Shown here piece by piece: positions 1 through 8,626 of a stretch of 64,000 nucleotides of DNA (the stretch's first letter is position 1; every line of letters begins with the position of its first letter). The notes under the pieces were generated by a model, which saw nothing but the letters and a program-made list of their open reading frames with translations, did no database searches and was not told where the DNA came from. The translations under genes were made by a program, and so were the position numbers. The DNA is taken from IMG/VR virus record IMGVR_UViG_3300017565_000002, positions 1 through 64,000 of that record; one strand, given 5' to 3'. This DNA is from a virus (taxonomy: Duplodnaviria; Caudoviricetes).

Positions 1-336
1 ATTTTCAATATATTCAATTGCACGCCCATCCTCTTTAACCGCGGCTAACTGTATATCCTTATCAGGGTTCTTGATGTAGCCGATTGCATGTCCAGTCTTC
101 TGAACAGCAGCTAACTGTACATCTTTATCGGGGTTCTTGATGTATTGAATTGCATATCCATTTTGTTTAACAGCGGCTAACTGTATATCCTTATCAGGAC
201 TTTGAATGAATTGGATTGCATCTCCAATCTGCTGAACGGCAGCTAATTGGACCTCTCTATTGGGATTCTTGATATATTGAATTGCATCTCCATCCTTTTC
301 AACAGCGGCTAGTTGCGCATCTTTATTTGTATCCAA
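1..336 (-). CDS. 22-aa tandem-repeat protein (NPDKDVQLAAV repeat, DUF4116-like), 3-prime truncated by window edge
   Basis: Not in ORF track. Manual translation from TTG at 336 (SD AAGGAG upstream): MDTNKDAQLAAVEKDGDAIQYIKNPNREVQLAAVQQIGDAIQFIQSPDKDIQLAAV..., open to position 1. Confidence 0.85.
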   Translation of the reverse strand, partial: MDTNKDAQLAAVEKDGDAIQYIKNPNREVQLAAVQQIGDAIQFIQSPDKDIQLAAVKQNGYAIQYIKNPDKDVQLAAVQKTGHAIGYIKNPDKDIQLAAVKEDGRAIEYIEN

Positions 337-369
337 TCTAAAACACTCCTTTATAGTGGTTTCAATACC

Positions 370-380
370 ATAATATATAC
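370..380 (-). promoter_or_regulatory. Early-type phage promoter motif GTATATATTAT
   Basis: Reverse complement of ataatatatac, ~35 nt upstream of the CDS starting at 336; same motif precedes six other genes. Confidence 0.6.
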
Positions 381-386
381 CTAAAT

Positions 387-413
387 AAAAAAGAAGCCCA
401 TAAAGGGCTTCTT
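387..413 (-). terminator. Intrinsic terminator
   Basis: aagaagccc/gggcttctt stem followed on the minus strand by a T-run, directly after the stop of 413..1219. Confidence 0.75.
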
Positions 414-1219
414 TAAAAGTTATCTTTAATGTATTGAATTACATCTGGATGAATATTTTTGATACATACCAACGACTCTATATCCTGCTGAACGGCGGCT
501 AACTGTACATCCTTATCAGGATTTTCAATGAATTGGATTGTATGCCCACACTGTTTAACGGCGACAAGCTGTGCATCCTTGGTAGGGGTTTTAATAACTA
601 TAATCGCAGTCCCGTCAAGTTTGACAGCTGCTAACTGCACGTCTTCATCCGGATTTTCGATATATTCAATTACAGACCCATGACGACTGACAGCTGCTAA
701 CTGTACATCTTTGTCAGGATTCTTTATACATTCAATTGCACAAGCATCATTCCCAATAGCGGCTAATTGGACCTCTTTATCAGGATTTTCAATGTACTGG
801 ATTAGATATCCGTTTTGTGTAACGGCAGCTAATTGGACCTCTTTATCGGGATTCTTGATATGTTCAATCGCATCCCTACAATTTCGAACAGCTGCCAGCT
901 GAACGTCTTTATCAGGATTCTGAATGTGTTCGATTGCATATGCGTCTTCCATAACGGCGGCTAACTGTACATCCTTATCGGGATTTTCAATGTGTCGGAT
1001 TACATATCCACTATTCCGAACGGCGGCTAACTGTACATCTTTACTGGGATTTTTGATGTACAGGATTACGGATGGGCGTTTTTGTACAGCGATAATCGAT
1101 ACAGTCTCTTGGTCAGGATCTTGGATAAACTTAATCCAATGTGGGTTGGTTTTAACTGCAATAAGTTGCTCCTGCTTGGTTAGAATCCCGTCTCTCTTAA
1201 TGATTTCAGCTATATCCAT
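413..1219 (-). CDS. 22-aa tandem-repeat protein (~11 repeats, DUF4116-like)
   Basis: Repeating NPDKDVQLAAVxxxGxAIxxIx unit, 66-nt periodicity in the DNA, SD upstream. Confidence 0.85.
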   Translation of the reverse strand: MDIAEIIKRDGILTKQEQLIAVKTNPHWIKFIQDPDQETVSIIAVQKRPSVILYIKNPSKDVQLAAVRNSGYVIRHIENPDKDVQLAAVMEDAYAIEHIQNPDKDVQLAAVRNCRDAIEHIKNPDKEVQLAAVTQNGYLIQYIENPDKEVQLAAIGNDACAIECIKNPDKDVQLAAVSRHGSVIEYIENPDEDVQLAAVKLDGTAIIVIKTPTKDAQLVAVKQCGHTIQFIENPDKDVQLAAVQQDIESLVCIKNIHPDVIQYIKDNF

Positions 1220-1300
1220 CTCAAATATCCCCTCTTATTTATAATGTACACCCAGATGTAAAGAAGCCCTTGGGAAAAGGCTTCTTTACACCAAATCAAC

Positions 1301-1561
1301 CTATTCTAAATATACAACTGTATCACCCTCATCATTTCTCTTTATGCGATTCCCAGTGCTATAGTGAATATCGGATGAATCTAATGGTTTATCTTGCCCT
1401 TTTTTACGAACCTTTATACGTGCAGCGCCATCACCGTCGACGTGTATTGTAACCGCCCGTGATGCACCAATAACACCCAAAGTTTCAATTTCAGCTAGTG
1501 CTCTTTCCAACACATCTAACTGATCTGGATTCCCAGTGATTTCATACGTTCTTGTTTCCAT
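1301..1561 (-). CDS. Small hypothetical phage protein (VDGDG motif)
   Basis: 86-aa ORF with SD GGAGG, followed by the aagaagccc...ggcttctt terminator at ~1261-1287. Confidence 0.7.
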   Translation of the reverse strand: METRTYEITGNPDQLDVLERALAEIETLGVIGASRAVTIHVDGDGAARIKVRKKGQDKPLDSSDIHYSTGNRIKRNDEGDTVVYLE

Positions 1562-1629
1562 GCGGAAACCTCCTAATTGAAAAATTTAAGACGTACAGGT
1601 TTCCCTGTACGTCTCATGTATGAAGCGAA

Positions 1630-2193
1630 TTATTTCAGAAGCGTTTTCAAATCCGGATTGACTCTCGACTTCCACGACATCCGACTGTGTTCTGCCACAC
1701 CAACTTTGGTGTGTGTAAGCGGTTTGCCGTCTTTGCGCTGTGGAATACGATGCGATTTCTGTCCGGTCGGGCGGAAGAAAGCCGTTTGGATAACATCGGA
1801 CTCGCCGATGAAGGAAACACCTTTTCCGATTTCCTTCATATAAAGGAAGGAGCCGTGATTGACAGCGTCGATAACGGCAGACGCCATCGATTTCGGAACC
1901 TTGTAGTTCGCGATTGCAGCTTCCGCTTCTTTCGCGTTCAGCCCCAGCTGTTTGACGAGGTCAATCAGCGATTTGCGGAACTCACCGATGATATGACGGT
2001 CTTCGGTGATGAATTTGCCGCCTTTGATTTTGGTATTCTTGGCCACATAGTCCGGGTCGCTCAGCAGCGCTTGAACCAGCAGCGTTAGCTCGGATTTGTT
2101 GTAAATCCGACGCGGGGACGGATTCTTTTCTTTCAGTTTGGCCAAGGTCTCTTGGACCGTCAATTTTGTGGATACCTTTTTAACTTCACTCAT
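1630..2193 (-). CDS. Basic protein, possible HU/IHF-like DNA-binding fold in the C-terminal half
   Basis: SD AAGGAGG; helical N-half, then GKGVSF...F...R..RIP....basic beta-arm-like pattern; strong C-ending codon bias. Confidence 0.45.
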   Translation of the reverse strand: MSEVKKVSTKLTVQETLAKLKEKNPSPRRIYNKSELTLLVQALLSDPDYVAKNTKIKGGKFITEDRHIIGEFRKSLIDLVKQLGLNAKEAEAAIANYKVPKSMASAVIDAVNHGSFLYMKEIGKGVSFIGESDVIQTAFFRPTGQKSHRIPQRKDGKPLTHTKVGVAEHSRMSWKSRVNPDLKTLLK

Positions 2194-2252
2194 TGTAAAT
2201 CCTCCTTAGAATAGTTAAAGTATTAATTATTAGTCGTTTCGATACTTTTCTA

Positions 2253-2498
2253 CTACTTTGTTTTCTTTTTCTTACCTTTAGTAGCGTTATCCGCTACCCG
2301 TGTAAGGCGAATAAACCCATTTTCGTTTCGCACATACATATCAACCTGTTTAGCACCTCTTTGGGGTGCTCCATCGCTAACGAGGTTAAACACCTCTTTT
2401 GCCTGTTCCTCGATGTCAACAGGTTTAAATCCGAAGACATCTGTCCTCAGCATTTTCATGATTGCACCCTTTGTGACATCGATCGTTTTTACAGCCAT
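2253..2498 (-). CDS. Small basic hypothetical protein
   Basis: 81-aa ORF, SD AAGGAGGT, Lys-rich C-terminus. Confidence 0.7.
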   Translation of the reverse strand: MAVKTIDVTKGAIMKMLRTDVFGFKPVDIEEQAKEVFNLVSDGAPQRGAKQVDMYVRNENGFIRLTRVADNATKGKKKKTK

Positions 2499-2605
2499 TC
2501 AATCTACCTCCTTATCTAGCTCACTATTGTAGCGTTATCTACATCATTAAAAACTACCATAGTTCCATCGTCCAAGTTATCATTCCTCTATTTCTTACCA
2601 CCCGA

Positions 2606-2617
2606 AACAGTCTATTA
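2606..2617 (+). promoter_or_regulatory. Late-type promoter AACA-N6-TA
   Basis: AACAgtctatTA, 32 nt upstream of the RNAP beta ATG; an identical 12-mer lies at 56455-56466 on the minus strand. Confidence 0.7.
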
Positions 2618-2649
2618 ATCAGGGAATCAAATAGAGAGGAGATTCAAGA

Positions 2650-5600
2650 ATGATAGATCTAAAGGTTCTTAAACCTAATGTGGTATATCGGATGCAGACG
2701 ACCTTTCGATTACCGACTGAAATGAAAGATCCTTCACATGGTTCTGTTTACATGGCCGTTACAAAAACTCCAGATGGTACCGCCTCCTTTTTTAGTCATC
2801 CAAGATTGGCCGGTCGGTTTCTGTCTAAGTATCTAACCAACCGCATATACAATTATAGGATATATAATCTACTAATTAAGTACAGAGTTAAGGATGGCGA
2901 ATTAAAGCAAGAATTTAATACGAAGATAAAACCAAAGCTTCCGGCTTTGGATCTAGCAATGACGCCGGTTGTACTTGCTAGGCGAAACTACATCTACGAC
3001 TTTTCCCAGTTCAATGAACGATTTTTCGCCACGAATGATACTCGGATTGGCCTACGGCGAGTTAACGAGTATTTTCGATTATTCAAGCTATTTACCGTTG
3101 ATAAGGTAAACCAAACGCAATACACAAACCGGGTGCTATTTATTCCAATCTATGACTGGGTTAAAACAACCCGTGATACCAAACTATTCCGTATCCAAAA
3201 TACGGATAACTTTATTTCGCTATTCTATCTCAAATTGGTCAATGATCCTGATTATTTTAAAACGAATTTTGCCGGATGGAAGTTCTATTTCACAACGGAT
3301 ACGCAATGTCTCTACTGGAGACCAGATGATATTCATGCCAAATCCGCAGAGGAATTAGTTGCTCTGCTCAAGCGGTTCAGACCGGATGGTAAACAAGATA
3401 CGACGGTAACCGACGAAGCTGGGCAAGAAGATATCGAGACAAATGCTGCTACAAACCGAACGTTAATTGCAGATCAAGTATCACAAAACTTAGTTGCGTC
3501 CAATATTGAACCAACGGATCAACTGGTAGGTGCGTTAACCGATAAGGTAATTGAAAAGACGGGAATTAATCTATATTTACCTAATCCGCCATCGATCGAT
3601 GTATCCAAAGTCATCTCACCAAAGGAAATCGAGCTTGAGCAGGTTCAAGAAACGATGGAGCAAATCGTCCCTAAGTCTAGAGCACGCCTAGCGAGAGAAA
3701 CAAAACTGATTGAGGATATGAAGAATATTTCATTTGACGGTATGACGTTAGATGAGATTACAGCTAGGGCTAAAGCAAATACAATTGAAACTACCAAGTT
3801 TCCTGTAGATGTGATTAACCCAAGTTTGGCAGAGATGAAGTTTCCTAATTTTGACGAAGCCTATCTGAAAAATCTATATAAAGCAGATATCGTTAAGATT
3901 GTAACATCCTTTCAGTATAAAGACAAGCCACTGTATTTATTCGAAACCGAGGTTAAAGACGCAAGCGATGCTTTAAATGATCTGGAGGAATATGTCTTCA
4001 GGTTTGAAGATGAAGAAGGTCGTCGTCATACGTTCAGCATCCTCATGCCGAAGTTTACGGATAATCGTACGATGAAAATCGGTGGGAATACAAAGATCAT
4101 GTCCAATCAGATCATTCCTCTACCGATTATTAAAACTAGACCGGATACTGTACAGATATCGACCAATTACCAAAAGGTATTTATCCATCGATTTGGTCAG
4201 CAAATTTCTCCGAAGATTTCCATGCTGTTCAAATCACTAGGCGAACTGATGAATAAAGAAATTAAGATTGAGATCGGTGAAGCGTCGTCTTCCAATCGTC
4301 AATACATTCGGACCATCGAATATGATGAACTTGCATCTCGTTATAGGAGAATTATTCTCCCCCATACCGAGATCCATTTCAACCAGAATGTCATCCGTGA
4401 TGAAATTAAGAAGCTTGGCATTACGGGTACAATTCCGGATAATGCAATCCCTGTAGCGATAAAGAATAAGAGACCTATCTTTTTAAATACCGAAACGAAT
4501 TTGATTTCAGCGGCAGATTCTTCTGCGGTCGAGATGGATCTTGTTGATTTTATCGTCAATGAGATTTCATCCGCAGATCAGTCGTTTAAGTCTGCATTTT
4601 CATCCATGAAACCTGCGAAGAAATTCATGTATTCTCGGGCAGATATCATGGCTAAGAAAGTTCCGATTGTCATCCTCCTCGGGTATCTGGATGGGTTAAT
4701 CGGTTTAATGAAGAGAGCAAAGATTGATTATCGAATCATCACCAAGGATGTAACCCGTCGCAATCTCGACGTAAATACAAAGCGGGAAGCTGTTATTGAA
4801 TTTGAAGATGCATGGTTAGTATATCCAATATACCCGTTGAGAAATTCGCTTCTCTTGAATGGGTTTATGGAGATTCCAACGAAGATTTATCGGATCGAGC
4901 AATTCCTGAGCAAAGATGTTTATCATGAGCTATTCGAGACATTATTCGGAAGAAAAAACATCGGGTATGCATTCGAAAACTTCCAACAGTTGTTAATCGA
5001 CCCGATAACGGAAGATGTACTCCGCGATTATGGTCTTCCGACAGATTTTATCGATGTATTCCTGTATGCCAATACACTATTGGAGGATAACGCATTTAAC
5101 GAAGATAGTGATTTGGATGTACATCGAGTGAGATCAAACGAAATGGTTGCTGCTTTTATGTATAAATCGTTGGCAGAAGCCTACGAACAATACCGATTCA
5201 CGGCAAACAATCCGAATCCAACCCGTGTTTCTACGAGGAAGGATTCTGCAATCGTAAATATGCTGACATCACAGGTCACGAAGGATTTCTCTCGACTGAA
5301 CCCGATTTATACGCTCGAATTAAAGAGTTCCAGCACATGGAAAGGACCGGGTGGTATGAACGTAGATAGAGCCTTTAATCTGTCGAAACGTGCATATCAT
5401 CCATCCATGATCGGTGTACTGAGTCAAGCATCTCCGATTTCTTCTGCTATTGGTATTGCTAGAACATTGACGTTGGACGCAAACGTCATCTCGGCAAGAG
5501 GATATATCCAAACCTCTAAAACCAAAGAAGACATCAATAAGCTACCGACAACCAAACTGATCAGTGCGGCGGAAGCTCTGGTTCCATTTGGTGTGACATC

Positions 5601-6822
5601 TGATGATCCAGAGCGTACCGCAATGACATCTGCACAGAGCCGCCATACCATTGCTTGTATCGGAAGTCAACGCGCTCCGTTGGAAACTGGATTTGAGAAA
5701 ATACTTCCCCATCTCATTGGCGACACCTTTGTATATAAAGCCAAAGATGATGGTAAGATCATTAAAATTGATGAATCAACCAATCTTATGGTCATCAGAT
5801 ATCGTGATGGGAAAATAGAAACCGTCAATCTTAACCCCGAAATGGGTAAGAACTCAGGAAGTGGTTTCTATATTTCCAATAAATTATCACCCCTGTTTAA
5901 AACTGGCGATACGTTTAAGAAAGATACAATTCTCGCCCACAATAAAGACTTCTTTACCATTGATAAACGTTCAGGTAACCCGGTATTTATGACTGGCCCT
6001 TTGGCTCGTATTGCATTCCGCTATTCACCGAAGGTAATCGAGGACTCCACGGTATTATCGACTAGGTTAGCGGAAAAAATGAGTAGCTATATCGTAATAG
6101 AGAAGGAAGTTACACTGGGGCGAAACTCCAATGTAAGCTTTATGATTAAAAAGGGTCAGAATATTGACGTCAATGAACCGCTCATTATCTTCGATACTTC
6201 TCACACAGATGAGTTGACCAATAAAGTGCTTGCGAAGATTGGGGAGGATTCCACCAAGGATCTTCTCGAAGCTTCTAAGACCCCGATAACCTCGAAACAC
6301 AAGGGCGTGATTGAGGACATCAAGATTTATTACACCGTACCCAAAGATGAGTTATCTGACTCCATGCGGAAAATCATCGAAGGATACGAAACCGAGAATG
6401 AAAACCTCATCAAGGCTACTGTGAAAGATACGGGACTTAAGCATGAAGAGGTCAAGATATCCTTGACGCAAGTTGAACAGATCACACCTGACTTGTCCGG
6501 AAAGGTAAAGGGTGTGAAAGTCGGGGAAGGTGTACTGATTCAGTTCTATATTAAGTATAAGGACATATTCGGCGTCGGTGATAAGCTCACTTCTTTCGTA
6601 GCAACTAAAGCCATAGCTTGTGATGTATTTAAGGACGGAGAGGAACCTTATCTATTGAGTGACCCTACAGATAAAATTGATCTATACAGTGGTGTCATAT
6701 CTGTAGGGGCTCGGATGGTCATGAGCCTCCTGAAATCCGCACAAGTTAATGGTGTACTCATCGGTGCAAAAAAAAATGTAGCGAAGATGTATGAAGAAAT
6801 ATATGGCGAAAAGTTGAAATAA
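2650..6822 (+). CDS. rpoB: Phage multisubunit RNA polymerase beta-like subunit (large piece, probably virion RNAP)
   Basis: DDPERTAMTSAQSRHTI (cf. DDANRALMGANMQRQAV), PLETGFE, VGDKLTSFVATK (both catalytic Lys), GARM. Ends before the GEME C-terminus, as in split jumbo-phage beta; long non-RNAP N-terminal extension. Confidence 0.9.
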   Translation: MIDLKVLKPNVVYRMQTTFRLPTEMKDPSHGSVYMAVTKTPDGTASFFSHPRLAGRFLSKYLTNRIYNYRIYNLLIKYRVKDGELKQEFNTKIKPKLPALDLAMTPVVLARRNYIYDFSQFNERFFATNDTRIGLRRVNEYFRLFKLFTVDKVNQTQYTNRVLFIPIYDWVKTTRDTKLFRIQNTDNFISLFYLKLVNDPDYFKTNFAGWKFYFTTDTQCLYWRPDDIHAKSAEELVALLKRFRPDGKQDTTVTDEAGQEDIETNAATNRTLIADQVSQNLVASNIEPTDQLVGALTDKVIEKTGINLYLPNPPSIDVSKVISPKEIELEQVQETMEQIVPKSRARLARETKLIEDMKNISFDGMTLDEITARAKANTIETTKFPVDVINPSLAEMKFPNFDEAYLKNLYKADIVKIVTSFQYKDKPLYLFETEVKDASDALNDLEEYVFRFEDEEGRRHTFSILMPKFTDNRTMKIGGNTKIMSNQIIPLPIIKTRPDTVQISTNYQKVFIHRFGQQISPKISMLFKSLGELMNKEIKIEIGEASSSNRQYIRTIEYDELASRYRRIILPHTEIHFNQNVIRDEIKKLGITGTIPDNAIPVAIKNKRPIFLNTETNLISAADSSAVEMDLVDFIVNEISSADQSFKSAFSSMKPAKKFMYSRADIMAKKVPIVILLGYLDGLIGLMKRAKIDYRIITKDVTRRNLDVNTKREAVIEFEDAWLVYPIYPLRNSLLLNGFMEIPTKIYRIEQFLSKDVYHELFETLFGRKNIGYAFENFQQLLIDPITEDVLRDYGLPTDFIDVFLYANTLLEDNAFNEDSDLDVHRVRSNEMVAAFMYKSLAEAYEQYRFTANNPNPTRVSTRKDSAIVNMLTSQVTKDFSRLNPIYTLELKSSSTWKGPGGMNVDRAFNLSKRAYHPSMIGVLSQASPISSAIGIARTLTLDANVISARGYIQTSKTKEDINKLPTTKLISAAEALVPFGVTSDDPERTAMTSAQSRHTIACIGSQRAPLETGFEKILPHLIGDTFVYKAKDDGKIIKIDESTNLMVIRYRDGKIETVNLNPEMGKNSGSGFYISNKLSPLFKTGDTFKKDTILAHNKDFFTIDKRSGNPVFMTGPLARIAFRYSPKVIEDSTVLSTRLAEKMSSYIVIEKEVTLGRNSNVSFMIKKGQNIDVNEPLIIFDTSHTDELTNKVLAKIGEDSTKDLLEASKTPITSKHKGVIEDIKIYYTVPKDELSDSMRKIIEGYETENENLIKATVKDTGLKHEEVKISLTQVEQITPDLSGKVKGVKVGEGVLIQFYIKYKDIFGVGDKLTSFVATKAIACDVFKDGEEPYLLSDPTDKIDLYSGVISVGARMVMSLLKSAQVNGVLIGAKKNVAKMYEEIYGEKLK

Positions 6823-6826
6823 AGAG

Positions 6827-6854
6827 AAGGTAGAGGCTTAGATGCCTCTACCTT
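6827..6854. terminator. Bidirectional intrinsic terminator
   Basis: aaggtagaggc/gcctctacctt inverted repeat between convergent genes. Confidence 0.8.
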
Positions 6855-6859
6855 TATTT

Positions 6860-7291
6860 TTAATATAACCTAATACGTTCATTGGAAGAGATATAAATTT
6901 CATCTGCCACCATAGTCGGAACGCTTGTCCCTAATGCATAAACGCAGGATACACGCTCAGCTATGTATTCACGAATCCAGCCAAGATTATCGTTGTATTC
7001 CTTGACTGAATTAAATCTGGTGGATGGTAAGACCAATCGGTCACCCAATACCTCTTCCAGCATATCAAGGATCACAGGCGGCTTATTGGCTTCTTCGTGA
7101 AGTTCTCTGTGCATCCCACTATAATATACCAATAGACGAGTGCCATCACTCTCCACTCCTCGAAGCATACGTTTCAGCCGCAGACGTACTGTGTCCAAAT
7201 CATCAATAAGCGAAAATGAGATCTGAACACACAACTGTTTAATCGGAGTACCCGATTTTTCTGGAGTAACTAATTCAAGAGCATCTCTCAT
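6860..7291 (-). CDS. Hypothetical alpha/beta protein, paralog of 8070..8498
   Basis: Collinear similarity to 8070..8498 (QxxFS..D...VR..L; Y.G..R; D.L.E..G.R.V; V(A)(D/E)E). Confidence 0.65.
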   Translation of the reverse strand: MRDALELVTPEKSGTPIKQLCVQISFSLIDDLDTVRLRLKRMLRGVESDGTRLLVYYSGMHRELHEEANKPPVILDMLEEVLGDRLVLPSTRFNSVKEYNDNLGWIREYIAERVSCVYALGTSVPTMVADEIYISSNERIRLY

Positions 7292-7366
7292 TCATTAACA
7301 CCTGTCCTTTATCCAAATTTATACAATAGTTGGCCCATTGGTAATAAAAAAAGAAGGGCTGTATTT

Positions 7367-7954
7367 CTACAGCCCAAACATATGACGCAACCGGAATTTC
7401 ATCATCGTTGCACTGGTTTTCATCCTTGCTGCGATCAGCGCGGGACGATGTTCCAGTTCATCTTTGAAGATTTCTGTTGGTGTGCGGTCTTCGAGGTCCT
7501 TCGGCAGCTTCTTCAGTAACATCACCTTGGTCTCGCTGACCTTGACGTTTGTGTCTTTGTTTTTGCCCTTCTTTGGTTTACCTGCAAACTTCTCTCCGTT
7601 ACCATATCGAATCGTGGCCGACGACAATGCCGCCTTTACGTTCTCATTGGTGAACAGTGGGATGATCTTGCTGAACAAATCCCCAAGATCCGATTCCAAT
7701 TCCACGATTTGATACAAGCGAAGAATTGAATCGCTCATATCTTTCTTCCGTCCGTCGGTCAAGATTCCTTCCACCCGGCGAGCAACCTTTTTCAGTTTGA
7801 CATCAGCCGCCAAGCTCTCCCTCAGGAAATCTTTGATGCGAGCGGATGTACCGATAGGACCGCGGCGATTGTGGATGGTGATAGACACCGGAGACGAACC
7901 CTCGTGGTTTGGAATCAAACGGATTTTGTTTTCTTTTTCTTTCATTTTAATCAA
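7367..7954 (-). CDS. Basic hypothetical protein (early)
   Basis: 195-aa ORF, SD GGAG, early motif upstream, C-ending codon bias. Confidence 0.75.
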   Translation of the reverse strand: MIKMKEKENKIRLIPNHEGSSPVSITIHNRRGPIGTSARIKDFLRESLAADVKLKKVARRVEGILTDGRKKDMSDSILRLYQIVELESDLGDLFSKIIPLFTNENVKAALSSATIRYGNGEKFAGKPKKGKNKDTNVKVSETKVMLLKKLPKDLEDRTPTEIFKDELEHRPALIAARMKTSATMMKFRLRHMFGL

Positions 7955-7984
7955 TCTCCTTTAATTTATAGTCTCATTCCTGTA

Positions 7985-7996
7985 TATGATATATAA
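7985..7996 (-). promoter_or_regulatory. Early-type promoter TTATATATCATA
   Basis: Reverse complement of tatgatatataa, upstream of 7954. Confidence 0.6.
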
Positions 7997-8026
7997 CCGA
8001 ATATATGTATTTTTACGAAAAAAAGG

Positions 8027-8048
8027 CATAGGGGAAATCTCCCCTATG
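8027..8048 (-). terminator. Intrinsic terminator
   Basis: catagggg/cccctatg stem, T-run on the minus strand. Confidence 0.7.
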
Positions 8049-8069
8049 GCTGCGTTTTTATAATTTTGG

Positions 8070-8498
8070 TCAAACCCGGCGAATGAGTATATTGTTACCT
8101 ACACTTCCGGAGAGAAGTGATACCTCTTCTGCAACACCCTTCGGCAATTTCAATCCAAGCAGGACTCCACCGTATAACTTACTAACCATATTAGCTCGGA
8201 TTTGTGACAAACCCTTCAGGTATGCCGTGGCAGATTCATAATCATCTGCGACATAGACCACACGTGATCCACCAAGCTCGTCCAGTATATCAACGGCTTC
8301 AGTTGACCATCCCTTTTCTTGAACCATTGCACGATTCAGGCCAAACCAATAGAAATGATAATCAACACCCGTCTTTATCAAATCGTTGACCAATATTGCA
8401 AGGTTCTCTCTGACGAGCCGCATGTCATCATGTTCGACAGAAAACATCAATTGAAGATTTATACGCTTCGGTTTTATCTCATGCATCGACACTGTCAT
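8070..8498 (-). CDS. Hypothetical alpha/beta protein, paralog of 6860..7291
   Basis: See 6860..7291; SD AGGAGGAGG. Confidence 0.65.
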   Translation of the reverse strand: MTVSMHEIKPKRINLQLMFSVEHDDMRLVRENLAILVNDLIKTGVDYHFYWFGLNRAMVQEKGWSTEAVDILDELGGSRVVYVADDYESATAYLKGLSQIRANMVSKLYGGVLLGLKLPKGVAEEVSLLSGSVGNNILIRRV

Positions 8499-8626
8499 AT
8501 TGCAATTCCTCCTCCTCTTCTACTATTATTAATGTAAAGTCTATCCAATATATTTTTAGTATATTAATAAATCGCGTGCTGGACACACTATTAATATATT
8601 TAACCGAAAGTCGAGGAGGAACATAG

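Noticed and set aside
1-1219. CRISPR array suggested by 66-nt periodic repeats
   Set aside because: Repeats are degenerate at third codon positions, lie in open reading frames and have no unique spacers; they are coding repeats
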